Source of the DNA: a virus
Lineage: Duplodnaviria; Caudoviricetes
DNA length: 39,133 nt
Virus record (IMG/VR): IMGVR_UViG_3300044738_000031
Coordinates: 1-39,133 of that record
Reading direction: 5' to 3' (one strand)
Of this stretch, positions 16,912 to 26,090 are shown one piece after another. Both the position numbers and the translations under genes were made by a program. A model generated the notes under the pieces. That model saw only the letters and a list, made by a program, of their open reading frames with translations, had not been told where the DNA came from and ran no database searches. Every line of letters starts with the position of its first letter. The first letter of the stretch is position 1.

Positions 16912-17750
16912 CAGTGCAGCACCACGGTCCCGACCTGACGCCCGAAGGCGGTGCGCAGCTGCGCGCTCTCGCCCTCGGTGAGAAGCATCCCGCCCCGCGT
17001 GCGGTAGCCGCCGTAGCTGACCTGCCCGTTGCCGTACTGCTCCGACTCCACCGAGGCCGGATTCACCCAGGCACGGATGGCCGCCTCGAGGCAGATCGCC
17101 TTGGCGATCGCCGGCGGATCGGCGAAGCCGTGGGTGTAGACGACGCCGACCTCGAGGCCGCCCCAGCCATCGACGCGGACGAGCTCGTCGCCGACCAGCT
17201 CGTAGGCCGGCGCGCTGATCGGGCTGCCGCCGAGCGTCACCGAGGCGACCGAGACGACAGGGCGTTGTGGAAGGCGGATCCGATCCCCCCAGGAGCCCGG
17301 GAGCGTCACCGCGTCGTCGCGCACCAGGGCGAGCGCCTGGCCGGCGGCGTCCTGGATCAGCCCGGAGGCCAGGCGCAGCAGCACGTTGGCGCGCGTCACC
17401 TCCTCGGGCTTCAGCGTGATGTTCAGCCGAGCGGCCAGCTCGTCGGGCGTCGCGAACTGCGCTGGCGTGCGCACGGCGCCGTCGTCGAAGATCGGCGCCG
17501 TTGGCGGCGACTCACCGGCGGTCCCGTCGATCCAGGTCAGGCGGTAGAAGCCCGCGGCGAGCGTCGCGCTGAAGGTGAGGTCACGGGTCTGCGGGATCCG
17601 CGGGTCAGCGTCGAGAGCGAGCGCCGCCGTCTCGACCTCGGTCCAGGGGCCGTCGGTCGCGGGGGCCTCCTCGACGCGGACGCTCGCCCAGGGCACGCCA
17701 TCGAAGCGTGCGGGCGGCACCGCGCCGGTCAGGGTGTGGATGAAAGGCAC
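16911..17750 (-). CDS. Head-to-tail adaptor with extra N-terminal beta domain
   Basis: FATPDELAARL...LLRLASGLI...LPQRPVVSV...VVYTHGF...NPASVESE adaptor pattern starting about 95 aa in. Confidence 0.8.
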   Translation of the reverse strand: MPFIHTLTGAVPPARFDGVPWASVRVEEAPATDGPWTEVETAALALDADPRIPQTRDLTFSATLAAGFYRLTWIDGTAGESPPTAPIFDDGAVRTPAQFATPDELAARLNITLKPEEVTRANVLLRLASGLIQDAAGQALALVRDDAVTLPGSWGDRIRLPQRPVVSVASVTLGGSPISAPAYELVGDELVRVDGWGGLEVGVVYTHGFADPPAIAKAICLEAAIRAWVNPASVESEQYGNGQVSYGGYRTRGGMLLTEGESAQLRTAFGRQVGTVVLH

Positions 17751-17782
17751 TGGGGCTCCGGGGGATCGGGTGCGGCACGAGA

Positions 17783-17814
17783 AGGGCGCCGCCCTCCGAG
17801 GAGGACGGCGCCCT
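17783..17814 (-). terminator. Intrinsic terminator-like hairpin after the capsid genes
   Basis: AGGGCGCCGTCCTCC / GGAGGGCGGCGCCCT stem followed by a pyrimidine-rich run, intergenic. Confidence 0.65.
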
Positions 17815-17848
17815 CGTGGCGCCGCGGCATCGTTCGGTCCGGTCGGAC

Positions 17849-18199
17849 CTAGGCGGTGTCGACGCCGCCCTTCTGACCGGCCGCGTCACCGCGCTCCTCG
17901 GCGCGGCCGCGCTGAGCGACCAGGCGCGCGGTCGGCCCGCCGGGCTCCGGGTTGTCGATCGGCACTGACTGGTGGGGCTGGTAGTCCGAGGGCCCCACGC
18001 GGCCGGTGTAGTCGCCGCGCTTGGGGCCGGCGCCGAGGGCGTCCTCGGGGCCGACCGGCTCGTCGGGCGATCCCGGCAGCATCGGCACGCCGGCGTCGAG
18101 CAGATCGTCGCGGGTGGTGCTCCCGCCATCGCTGTGCTCGAGCTTGGCGTTCTCCTTCTCGGTGGCGACCGTGTCGGCCGCCTGCTTGCTGGTGCTCAT
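17849..18199 (-). CDS. Hypothetical head-region protein
   Basis: AGGAGG RBS, ATGA overlap. Confidence 0.7.
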   Translation of the reverse strand: MSTSKQAADTVATEKENAKLEHSDGGSTTRDDLLDAGVPMLPGSPDEPVGPEDALGAGPKRGDYTGRVGPSDYQPHQSVPIDNPEPGGPTARLVAQRGRAEERGDAAGQKGGVDTA

Positions 18200-18396
18200 C
18201 GGCTGGTTGGCCTCCTGCCCTTGGCGGGCTTCGATGTGGCCGGCTCGTCGTGCGGCTTGCGGCACTGCGCGCAGATGAGCCGGTAGCGGATCTCGCGAGG
18301 CGTGGTCATCAGGCGGGAGTCCTCGGCCGCGCGCGCCGCGGGCCGGATGAGGCGCTCCTCGCACCACCACTCCGACCCGCAGGCGTCACATTCCAT
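18196..18396 (-). CDS. Small zinc-ribbon protein
   Basis: CDAC and CAQC pairs; RBS before ATG 18396. Confidence 0.6.
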   Translation of the reverse strand: MECDACGSEWWCEERLIRPAARAAEDSRLMTTPREIRYRLICAQCRKPHDEPATSKPAKGRRPTSR

Positions 18397-18421
18397 GGCT
18401 CCGACTCCCCGCTCGCTGGAC

Positions 18422-19366
18422 CTAGGCGGCCAGGACGCCGCGCAGGCGGGCCGCGGCGCGGCCACCGAAGACGGCCAGGCCGCAGAAGAACTCGATGCGG
18501 GTCCGCCAGACCGGCTTCGCGTCGATCTCGCCGAGGTCCTTGACCTGGACCCCGCCGTTGGTGAGGCCGGAGACCGCCTGGTCGCTCTCGTCGCGGCCGA
18601 AACGCACCGCGTAGATCGAGGAGGCGGCGCTCGAGGTGCCCTGGGTCTCCGTCTGCGGGATGATCGCCGACCCGTCGGCCTTGCTGCCGATGTCGAGCAG
18701 CGGGATCCCGTTGTAGGTCGCCACGGTGCGGCCGAAGGCGTCGACCGTGGTGGTCGCCATGGTCAGCCGGCGCGCGGACGAGCGGATCCTCGCGAGGATC
18801 CCCGCGTTCATGTAGAGCGCGTCCGGGCCGCCGGCGACAGCCGCGATCAGCGCGTCCATCTGGTCGAAGAACGACTGACGCGCGGCGTCGTCGGCGCCGA
18901 GCACCGGCAGGCCGTTGGTGGCCGCGTCGATGACCTGGGCGCCGGTGAGGCGCTTCTTCAGGCCGTCGAAGCTGTTCGCGTCGACGGCGGTGTCCCCGTT
19001 GATGAAGGCGTCCTGGTACTTGTAGGAGGCCGCCTTCACCTTGCCCCGGGTCTGCAGGGCGCGCTGGTCGTTGAGGTTGCCTCGGGTCTGGACGATGAAG
19101 GTGTCCACATCGGCGTCGCCACCGAGGATGACCAGGGTCTCGCTCTTCTGGTTGACCGTACCGGTCGACTCGGCGTAGGCGGAGTTGACGGCCCGGAACT
19201 CCACGCCCGGAAGCGTCGCCTCCTCGTTGTAGGCGTAGGCGTTGCCCTCGATGGGCAGCAGCGGCAGCCGGTCGAGGACCGGCGACTCCTGCACGAACGT
19301 CTCGATGACGCCCCGCTGCAGGTCGTTCTGGGAGAGCTTGGCGCTCTCGGCGAGAGTCAGGGCCAT
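18422..19366 (-). CDS. Major capsid protein
   Basis: 314 aa after scaffold, strong RBS; SPVLDRLP, ILGGDADVD, FINGD, FDGL motifs. Confidence 0.93.
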   Translation of the reverse strand: MALTLAESAKLSQNDLQRGVIETFVQESPVLDRLPLLPIEGNAYAYNEEATLPGVEFRAVNSAYAESTGTVNQKSETLVILGGDADVDTFIVQTRGNLNDQRALQTRGKVKAASYKYQDAFINGDTAVDANSFDGLKKRLTGAQVIDAATNGLPVLGADDAARQSFFDQMDALIAAVAGGPDALYMNAGILARIRSSARRLTMATTTVDAFGRTVATYNGIPLLDIGSKADGSAIIPQTETQGTSSAASSIYAVRFGRDESDQAVSGLTNGGVQVKDLGEIDAKPVWRTRIEFFCGLAVFGGRAAARLRGVLAA

Positions 19367-19404
19367 CTAGGCCTCCTCCTCGTGTCGGCGATCCCGACGC
19401 AACG

Positions 19405-20124
19405 TCAGGACCTCGAGCCCTTGGAGTACGCGTGGGCCAGGCGGCCGAGGCCCGGGGTGGGCTCCGGCTCGGCACCGCCGTTGCGTGCTCCCTGATCCGC
19501 CCCACCGGGGCGTGGCTTGCCGACGTACTCCGGGTTCGCCGCGAGGAACGCCTTCACGGCGTCTTCGGCCCCGGTGACCTGGCCGTCGTCACCCACGGTC
19601 ACCTTGCTCGTGTCGATCAGCTTCGGCATGTGCTCCGGCTTGATGGCCTTCGCGCCGGTCGCGGCGGCGATGATGGCCGCCTCGATGAGCTGGCGGTGCG
19701 CCGACTCTCGGAGGGCCTTGCCCTCCTGCTCGGCCTTCTCCGCGCGCGCGATCGCCCGCTCCAGCTCGGTCTTGTTGGCGGCCTCGAGGTCATCGAGCTT
19801 GGCCGCCTTGGCCTTCAGGTCGTCGTAGTCGGCGTACTTCTGGCGATCGCGCGCCAGCCGGTCGCCGACGATCCGGTCGACCTCCTCCTGGCTGAAACTC
19901 CGTTGCTGGCCGTTCGACCCGTCGCCGGCCCCGCCCTTGCCGTCGCCGCCGGCGCCCGCGGGGGGCGCGGGGGCACCTGCGCCGCCGGCGCCCGGCCCGC
20001 CATCGCCACCAGGCCCGTTGTCGGCGCCGGCGAATACCGGCAGCAGCCGGCTGCCGATGCGCCACCACGGTCGGCCGGCGATGGTCACGCGGTACGGGTT
20101 CGGGTTGGAGGTGTTCTCCGTCAT
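19405..20124 (-). CDS. Capsid scaffolding protein
   Basis: FSQEEVDRIVGDRLARDRQKYADYDDLKAKA coiled-coil signature. Confidence 0.88.
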   Translation of the reverse strand: MTENTSNPNPYRVTIAGRPWWRIGSRLLPVFAGADNGPGGDGGPGAGGAGAPAPPAGAGGDGKGGAGDGSNGQQRSFSQEEVDRIVGDRLARDRQKYADYDDLKAKAAKLDDLEAANKTELERAIARAEKAEQEGKALRESAHRQLIEAAIIAAATGAKAIKPEHMPKLIDTSKVTVGDDGQVTGAEDAVKAFLAANPEYVGKPRPGGADQGARNGGAEPEPTPGLGRLAHAYSKGSRS

Positions 20125-20178
20125 GCGGTCAGGTCTCCTCGTGGTCGAGTAGCCGGCGCCGGACTGGCGCCGTCGGCG

Positions 20179-20865
20179 CTACGCCGCCCAGCTCTCCTCG
20201 AGCAGGCGTGGCCCGAGCTCCGGGTCCTTGGCGACGCGCACGCCGCCGTCGGCAGGGCTCGTGGGGTTGGCGCGCGGGTCAAAGACCGGCGACACCGTGC
20301 AGGAGCAGCGCTCGTGGATCGGCGCCAAGTCCTCGCGCTTGTAGGTCCGCGTCGACGCGGCGGTGCAGAGCGCGCAGCTGTGACCCGACCCGAGCACCCG
20401 CCGATAGCCGACGATGCGCTGGTCGTCGGCCATCCAGTCACGCGCCGCGTGGGTCTGTGCCAGCTGCAGGTCGGTCAGCGCCAGCCGGCGCACCGAGGCG
20501 TCGGCCGAGGCGATCGCGACCGAGACGTCGGCGCCGGCCTCGAGCTGGCCGCCGAGCGCGCCGAACGGCCGCTCGTAGACCTCGACCGCAGGTCGGCGGC
20601 GCAGCGTCGAGACGGTGTAGCGGGCGAGGTCCAGGCCCTTCGGCTGGCCGTCGCCGCGGCGCGCCTGGGCGAGCTTGGCCGCCATGTAGCCGTCGACGAG
20701 CGCCACGACCTGGGCCTGGCCCGCCTCGACGACGCGCACGGTCGCCTCGATCGCCTGCTCGCGCTCGTGGCGCAGCTGCAGCAGGGCGCCGGCGGCGGTG
20801 GCCGCCACCAGGCTCGCCAGCCGCAGGCGCTGGGAGACGTAGACCCCGTCGAGCTGATCCGCCAT
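20179..20865 (-). CDS. MuF-like minor head protein
   Basis: GYRRV, CALC, IHERCSCTVSP motif. Confidence 0.8.
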   Translation of the reverse strand: MADQLDGVYVSQRLRLASLVAATAAGALLQLRHEREQAIEATVRVVEAGQAQVVALVDGYMAAKLAQARRGDGQPKGLDLARYTVSTLRRRPAVEVYERPFGALGGQLEAGADVSVAIASADASVRRLALTDLQLAQTHAARDWMADDQRIVGYRRVLGSGHSCALCTAASTRTYKREDLAPIHERCSCTVSPVFDPRANPTSPADGGVRVAKDPELGPRLLEESWAA

Positions 20866-21293
20866 CAGCTCTTGCCCTTCGCCCAGGCGCGGTCGGGGAG
20901 CGGCAGGAACGTCGAGTCCTCCCCGGCGACCAGCGTTGTCAGGCCGTCCACCATGTGCTCGACGGCGAGCCGGAACCCGCTCACCCAGGTCTCGTGCGCC
21001 TGGTCGCCCAGATTCGTCCGCAGCGATTCTCCGAGGTGCTGGACGTCGGCCGCGTAGCAGTGCAGGAGCTCGTGAGCGAGGGTGCGCCGCTGCCTCCACG
21101 GCGGCATGTCGAGGAAGTCGTGGCAGACCCGCAGGTTCGCCTGCTTCTGGCCGAATGTCGGCTCGATCGTCGCGAAGTCCTCGGGGCGGATGTCGTCATC
21201 GTGGATGACGTCGATACGCCAGGAGGCCAGCCACATCTCGCGCTTCAGGACCTCGATGTAGGAGGCGAGCGCCTTGCGCTGCTTCTTGGTCAC
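20865..21293 (-). CDS. HEXXH zinc metallopeptidase-like protein
   Basis: RQRRTLAHELLH plus downstream Glu (VEHMV); overlapped at both ends with neighbours. Confidence 0.75.
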   Translation of the reverse strand: MTKKQRKALASYIEVLKREMWLASWRIDVIHDDDIRPEDFATIEPTFGQKQANLRVCHDFLDMPPWRQRRTLAHELLHCYAADVQHLGESLRTNLGDQAHETWVSGFRLAVEHMVDGLTTLVAGEDSTFLPLPDRAWAKGKS

Positions 21294-22705
21294 GCCGGCG
21301 CCCCCTCGGGCTGCTCGGCGACGGCCGGCGCGAGAAGCGCCTGCAGCAGGCCGTCGCGCGCCCGCATGCCGGTGAAGCGCCGGATCTGGGTCTGGCTGTA
21401 GCCGAGCTTCTCGAGCGCCGCCTCCCAGGGGATCAGGCCGGCCTGGAACTGCTTCACGACCGCGTCGGTGATCTCGCCCTCGGTGCGCGTCTGTGGATCC
21501 GCCCAGACGATCTCCGAGTCGACCGGGGTATCCGCCTCGCCCTTGAAGCGCCGGGCCAGGCGGATGGCCTCCTCGAGGCCCTCGCCGAACGGGCGCTGCT
21601 TGCGCTCGACCTTCTTCACCAGGCCGGACTCGGCCGAGCGAATGGCGTCGCCCGAGGGGCTCTGGCCCTGCTCGATCAAGTAGTGACGCGGCGTGCGGGT
21701 CGTGATCGCGATGTGCAGCACGTCTTGTTCGATCGCCGAGATGTAGCCACCGAGGTCCGTCTGGCTGAACTCGCCGAACTTCACCTCCTTGTCCTCGGTG
21801 TGCCACAGCCGGTCGATCGCCACGTCGAAGGGCTCGACCGGGTTGCCGGCGTCGTCCTCGTGGATCTTCAGGCCGACCGCCCAGCGCTGGCGGTGGGCGC
21901 CGAAGTAGCCGGCCAGGGCCCGAAGGAAGATCTGCCCGTTGATCCGGTCCTGGGTGTCGGTGACGTCGACGAGTTCCGACTCACCCTCGACCAGCAACCG
22001 CGGCCGGTTGCGCAGGGGGATGATCGGCACGACTCCGAGGGGGTTCGCCTCGTACTGCTCCTCGAGCTCGCGCCAGGCCCCGCCGGCGCCGAGGCCCGCG
22101 GCGAGCATCGATCCCTCGCCGGCGGCCAGCAGCGAGGACCCGTTCGCCACGTATTTGTGGATCCCGTCCGGCAGGTAGACGTTGGCCCGTCGCACCCCGT
22201 TGACGTCGTCGTCCCACACCTTCAGCGCGGCCGCGCGCTGGCGGAAGTTGGAGCCCGGCACGTAGCCGACGATCGTCTGGAGCGAGTCCTCGACGGCGAT
22301 GGCCGGGTGCTTCTCGCCCGCCCACACCGAGAGGTAGGAGACGCCCTTCACCAGCGCTTCGACGAAGGCTGTCGGCGTCTCGGCGTCCAGGTTGTTGGCC
22401 TGCCAGATCTCCCACGACTCCTGGTCGGCGACCGGATCGGTCTTGGCCGACAGGCGAAAGCCCTCGACGCGCAGACGCTCCTCGGAGGCGTCGATGACCA
22501 GGCGCATGAAGTTGGAGCGCGCGTCCTCGAGCAGGTTGCGGAACTCGTCGACCATCTTGGCGCCGTGCGACTTGGTGAGGAACGGCAGGGGGTGCCGGCC
22601 CGAGTAGTAGTCGTCGAGCTGGCGCATCGGGCCCTGGCGCTTGAGCAACTGGCGATGCAGACGCTCCAGCCACCAGGCGGGCGATCCGACGGCCAGCGGC
22701 GCCAT
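21290..22705 (-). CDS. Portal protein, SPP1 gp6-like
   Basis: YYSGRH, NFMRLVI, NPLGVVP, QDRIN, PSGDAIR motifs; follows terminase. Confidence 0.93.
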   Translation of the reverse strand: MAPLAVGSPAWWLERLHRQLLKRQGPMRQLDDYYSGRHPLPFLTKSHGAKMVDEFRNLLEDARSNFMRLVIDASEERLRVEGFRLSAKTDPVADQESWEIWQANNLDAETPTAFVEALVKGVSYLSVWAGEKHPAIAVEDSLQTIVGYVPGSNFRQRAAALKVWDDDVNGVRRANVYLPDGIHKYVANGSSLLAAGEGSMLAAGLGAGGAWRELEEQYEANPLGVVPIIPLRNRPRLLVEGESELVDVTDTQDRINGQIFLRALAGYFGAHRQRWAVGLKIHEDDAGNPVEPFDVAIDRLWHTEDKEVKFGEFSQTDLGGYISAIEQDVLHIAITTRTPRHYLIEQGQSPSGDAIRSAESGLVKKVERKQRPFGEGLEEAIRLARRFKGEADTPVDSEIVWADPQTRTEGEITDAVVKQFQAGLIPWEAALEKLGYSQTQIRRFTGMRARDGLLQALLAPAVAEQPEGAPA

Positions 22706-24267
22706 CAGCGCCACCCGATCGCGCGCATCGCCTTGCGCGGCTTGGCGCCGGCGGCGATCGCGTCGCCGCGCGCCTCCCAGCTGAGCACAGCGGCCATCGC
22801 GGCGTCGATCTTGCGCGGGGAGTCCGGCCGGTCCTTGGAGATCGTGTGCATCTGGCGGTGCTCGTCGTCGTAGACCTTCTGCTTGCGTCGGCGGGCGTTG
22901 GTCAGGTGGGCGACGAAGTCCGGGTCACCGTCGTGCGACCAGTCGCCGCCGGCCATCGCGTCGGTGAAGTTGCGCACCGCCCAGCAGGCCTGGCGCGGGC
23001 GGTTGGTCCACCAGGGCAAGACGCGGCGCTCGCCGTAGCGCCCCTGCCAGGTCTCCATCAGGTGGTCGATCCACTGCGGGTCGACGTAGACCCGCCAGAC
23101 GTCCAGCCGCTCGAGGGCGTCCGAGAGCGCGCCGTCGATCTCCTCGAAGGGGTGCTCGTAGTCGTCGCCGGCGTTCTCGGGCCGCTCCCAGATCCCGAGC
23201 GGCCACTGGTAGCCGGTGCCCACCTCGGTGGCCACGATCGCCAGCGCGTCGACGAAGCGCGCGCCGTCCACACCGATCACGACGAGCCCGCCGGCGTCCG
23301 GCACGTGCTCCGGGTCCGCGGCGGCCGCGATCCGCTTCGCCTCGAAGGCCGCGTCCTCGCCGGCGCGCTTGCGGTTGAGGAAGTACTGCTCGGCCTGGGC
23401 CGCCTCGCCGCGGGCCAGCAGCGCAACGATCTCCTCGTCGATCCGCTCGAGGTCGACCCACCAGGAGTCGCCGTAGACCCGACGCAGCATCCGCCGGCGC
23501 TCGGCCTTGTTGCGGATCGACCCGCTGCCCGGATCCACGTCGTCGAGCAGCACGCCGGGCTCGCCGGATTCGGCCGTGCGCTGGGCGACCGAATCGTCGC
23601 GCGGGTCCCAGGCGTTGCCGGTCGCCAGCCACCGGCCGCCCATACCGGCCAGGTTGCGCCGCTGCGTGTCGGCCAGCTTGTGCCCACCGTTGGCCGCGAC
23701 CCAGGACTGCGGCTCGTCCTCGCAGGCGAACGTGATCCGCTGGCCGAGGCGTGAGACCGCCGAGGCCGTCGTCGGCTCGATCAGCCCGCCGCCGGGCAGG
23801 TTGATCCGGGTGAGGCCGGTGTCCCAGATCGCCGCGCTCAGCGAGCCGCGCTGGATCATCGCCAGGAGCGCCCGCCAGACGTTGTCGGTCTGGTCCTCGG
23901 AGACCGCCGTCACCTGGATGTGCGGGGTTGCCCAGGGCCGGCCGACCGGCTCGCCGGCGGCGTCCCAGCCTGCGAAGAGCACGGGGCCGTCGGGGTGGGC
24001 CTCGACGCAGATGATCGCCGCGGCGAACGGGCCCTTGCCCCACTTCTGCGGGCGGACGAGCTGCCCGCCGCGGCCGTAGTGGAACCGGCCTGTCGCGGGG
24101 TCGATCCGGTAGAAGCGCAGGAGGAAGCGGAGCATCTCGTCGGTGAGCTCGAACGGCTCGCCCGCCAGGTCGCCGTCGGGGATCACGCACACCTGCTGGA
24201 TCAGCTCGGCCACCGCGTAGCCGAGGGTCGGGAACTCCCCGGGGAAGCGAGGGCCGCGCCAGGGCAT
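22705..24267 (-). CDS. terL: Terminase large subunit
   Basis: Walker A RPQKWGKGP, Walker B FACEDE, nuclease VIGVDG and KIDAAMA. Confidence 0.95.
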   Translation of the reverse strand: MPWRGPRFPGEFPTLGYAVAELIQQVCVIPDGDLAGEPFELTDEMLRFLLRFYRIDPATGRFHYGRGGQLVRPQKWGKGPFAAAIICVEAHPDGPVLFAGWDAAGEPVGRPWATPHIQVTAVSEDQTDNVWRALLAMIQRGSLSAAIWDTGLTRINLPGGGLIEPTTASAVSRLGQRITFACEDEPQSWVAANGGHKLADTQRRNLAGMGGRWLATGNAWDPRDDSVAQRTAESGEPGVLLDDVDPGSGSIRNKAERRRMLRRVYGDSWWVDLERIDEEIVALLARGEAAQAEQYFLNRKRAGEDAAFEAKRIAAAADPEHVPDAGGLVVIGVDGARFVDALAIVATEVGTGYQWPLGIWERPENAGDDYEHPFEEIDGALSDALERLDVWRVYVDPQWIDHLMETWQGRYGERRVLPWWTNRPRQACWAVRNFTDAMAGGDWSHDGDPDFVAHLTNARRRKQKVYDDEHRQMHTISKDRPDSPRKIDAAMAAVLSWEARGDAIAAGAKPRKAMRAIGWR

Positions 24268-24728
24268 CAGCCGGCCGCGTCGACCGCATGGAGCCGGCGA
24301 ACGTCGGCGAGCCTGGGCCGCTCCGGGGCCACCGGCGGCGAGCCATCGGACTCCGGCTCCGGAGCGCCAGCGCCGGCCTGGGCGACCTCCCACTGCAGGC
24401 GCCGGCGCGCCATCGGCGACAGGCCGAAGCGGTCCTCGAGCTGGCGCGCCTCGGCCAGGAGCGACGCGGTCGCCTGGCCGCGGCCGTCCGCCTCGACGAT
24501 CCGGGCCAGCCGGACCAGCACCGGGACGTCGGAGGGAAGCCAGGCCGCCGCCATCGGCGAGGACCAGATCGCGGTCCACCACTCGCGTGTCGCCTTCAGC
24601 CACGCGGGCCTCTTGAGCGGCAGCGCCGGCGCCCGGCGGGGGCCGCCGTCGGCAGGTAGATGACGCCACTTCGGCTGGTCGGTGTTGCGTCGCCGGCGCT
24701 GGCCGGGAGGCTTCGGTGTGGGGGCCAC
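24267..24728 (-). CDS. terS: Terminase small subunit
   Basis: WWTAIWSSPMA and FGLSPMARRRLQWEV motifs; GAGGAGG RBS before GTG 24728. Confidence 0.88.
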   Translation of the reverse strand: MAPTPKPPGQRRRRNTDQPKWRHLPADGGPRRAPALPLKRPAWLKATREWWTAIWSSPMAAAWLPSDVPVLVRLARIVEADGRGQATASLLAEARQLEDRFGLSPMARRRLQWEVAQAGAGAPEPESDGSPPVAPERPRLADVRRLHAVDAAG

Positions 24729-24783
24729 GGGCTCCTCCTCGCGGAGTGGTCCGCCCCGTCGGGGCGTGGGTGAAGCGTCGTCG

Positions 24784-25266
24784 TCATCGCAGGCCCGCCG
24801 ATCCGTACGCACCGCGAGCGCCTGACCCCAGCGGTCTTGGCGGCGTGGGGCTAGTGGTCCCCCCCCACCCCTCGGCGTCGCGATCGCGGGGCGCGCGCGC
24901 CGTCTCGCGGTTGTGGTCGCGCTCGCACAGCGGCCGCAGGTAGACGTCGGCGTCGGGGTCGACCACACCGGCCGCGACCAGCTCGCGCCGGGTGCGCGGC
25001 CAGTGGTCCGGCACGGTCGCGGGGCCGCCGCACAGGCAGCAGATCGGGTTGGCGGCGAGGAACTCGGCGCGGCGACGGCGCCACGCGGCGCCGTAGCCAC
25101 GCTCGGCCGCGGATGGGCGTCGGGCGTCGGCTGCGGCGCGGCCATCGGCGGCGTGCGCCGGGCAGCGGGAGCCGTCGACCACGAGCTCGGGACAGCCGGG
25201 AGTCGAGCAGGGGCGAGGCCCCGATCGGTGGCTTCGGATGCGGGATCGAGACCTGGTGACGGGCAT
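24784..25266 (-). CDS. Packaging-associated HNH endonuclease
   Basis: RGYGAAWRRRR, CLC, DH, LCERDHNRET; upstream of terS. Confidence 0.85.
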   Translation of the reverse strand: MPVTRSRSRIRSHRSGPRPCSTPGCPELVVDGSRCPAHAADGRAAADARRPSAAERGYGAAWRRRRAEFLAANPICCLCGGPATVPDHWPRTRRELVAAGVVDPDADVYLRPLCERDHNRETARAPRDRDAEGWGGTTSPTPPRPLGSGARGAYGSAGLR

Positions 25267-25267
25267 G

Positions 25268-25290
25268 AAAAAGCCGCCTCGTGGGCGGCT
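25268..25290 (-). terminator. Intrinsic terminator immediately before the HNH start
   Basis: AGCCGCC-CACGA-GGCGGCT followed by T run on the minus strand. Confidence 0.75.
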
Positions 25291-25296
25291 GAGAGT

Positions 25297-25422
25297 GCAC
25301 GGACCCCTACCCAGTAGCAGCGCGTCACCCTATGCCGGGTGGGATGCCCGACCGCTCCCCTGACGGGGGTCCCGGGCTGCTCGGAGTCCGGAGCGATCGG
25401 CGCGACGCGGGCTGAGCCGTGC
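25297..25422 (-). ncRNA. Candidate structured RNA (late leader or small RNA)
   Basis: Nested complementary segments 25417-22/25297-302, 25402-09/25321-28, 25390-400/25348-58. Confidence 0.5.
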
Positions 25423-25468
25423 TGAGCGGAGTGGTACACGACCGCCCGGACGGAGCGCAAGCCCACCC

Positions 25469-25678
25469 TCAGCCGACGGCGCGGTCGGGGCGGGTGCCCG
25501 GCACCTCGCCGGCGACGCCCTTGGCGATCGCCGGGATCGCTCGCAGGCGCTCCTCGTCGCCCTCGGCCGAGCGCGTCCCGCCGCCGGCGACAGGGCTGGC
25601 GCTCGCGACCTCGACCGCCGTCCGCAGCTGCTCGGCGATCTGCTGACGTCGGCGCACGAGGTTGAACGGGTGGGTCAT
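25469..25678 (-). CDS. Hypothetical protein
   Basis: ATGA overlap with upstream gene. Confidence 0.5.
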   Translation of the reverse strand: MTHPFNLVRRRQQIAEQLRTAVEVASASPVAGGGTRSAEGDEERLRAIPAIAKGVAGEVPGTRPDRAVG

Positions 25679-25899
25679 GAGCGCCCCCTGGTGGTGGTCC
25701 GACCGATCTTCTCCGCGGCGCTGATGAGCAGGTCGCGCGCGGTGCTGCGGCCGACGCCGAGGGCGGCCGCGACCGAGCGGTGCCCGTCCGGCTTCCCCTC
25801 GGCGGTGAGCTCGGCCCGGGCGCGCAGCGCCGCCAGCTCGGCCTGGGTGCAGACGCGCTCGGCGATCCGCATCAGCTCGGGGATCGTCAGCTCGCTCAC
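25675..25899 (-). CDS. Sigma-70 region-4-like HTH protein, probable late gene activator
   Basis: CTQAELAAL...HRSVAAALGVGRSTARDLL; last regulator before the packaging genes. Confidence 0.65.
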   Translation of the reverse strand: MSELTIPELMRIAERVCTQAELAALRARAELTAEGKPDGHRSVAAALGVGRSTARDLLISAAEKIGRTTTRGRS

Positions 25900-26090
25900 G
25901 CCGCGGCCTCCTGCGCCTGGCCGCGCCGGGGCGGCGCGTGAGCGACACGCTGCTCGTCGTCCTGCTCGACGCGCCAGCGCTCGAGGTGGCGCCGGCAGAG
26001 GACGACGGTCAGCTCGGCCGTGCTGGAGGCGAAGACGGCCCGCTGGCCGCAGCCCGAGACGCCGCAGGTCGCCGGCTCGCTCCGGCTCAC
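25896..26090 (-). CDS. Small Cys/His protein
   Basis: CGVSGC...LCRRH; coupled overlaps. Confidence 0.55.
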   Translation of the reverse strand: MSRSEPATCGVSGCGQRAVFASSTAELTVVLCRRHLERWRVEQDDEQRVAHAPPRRGQAQEAAA

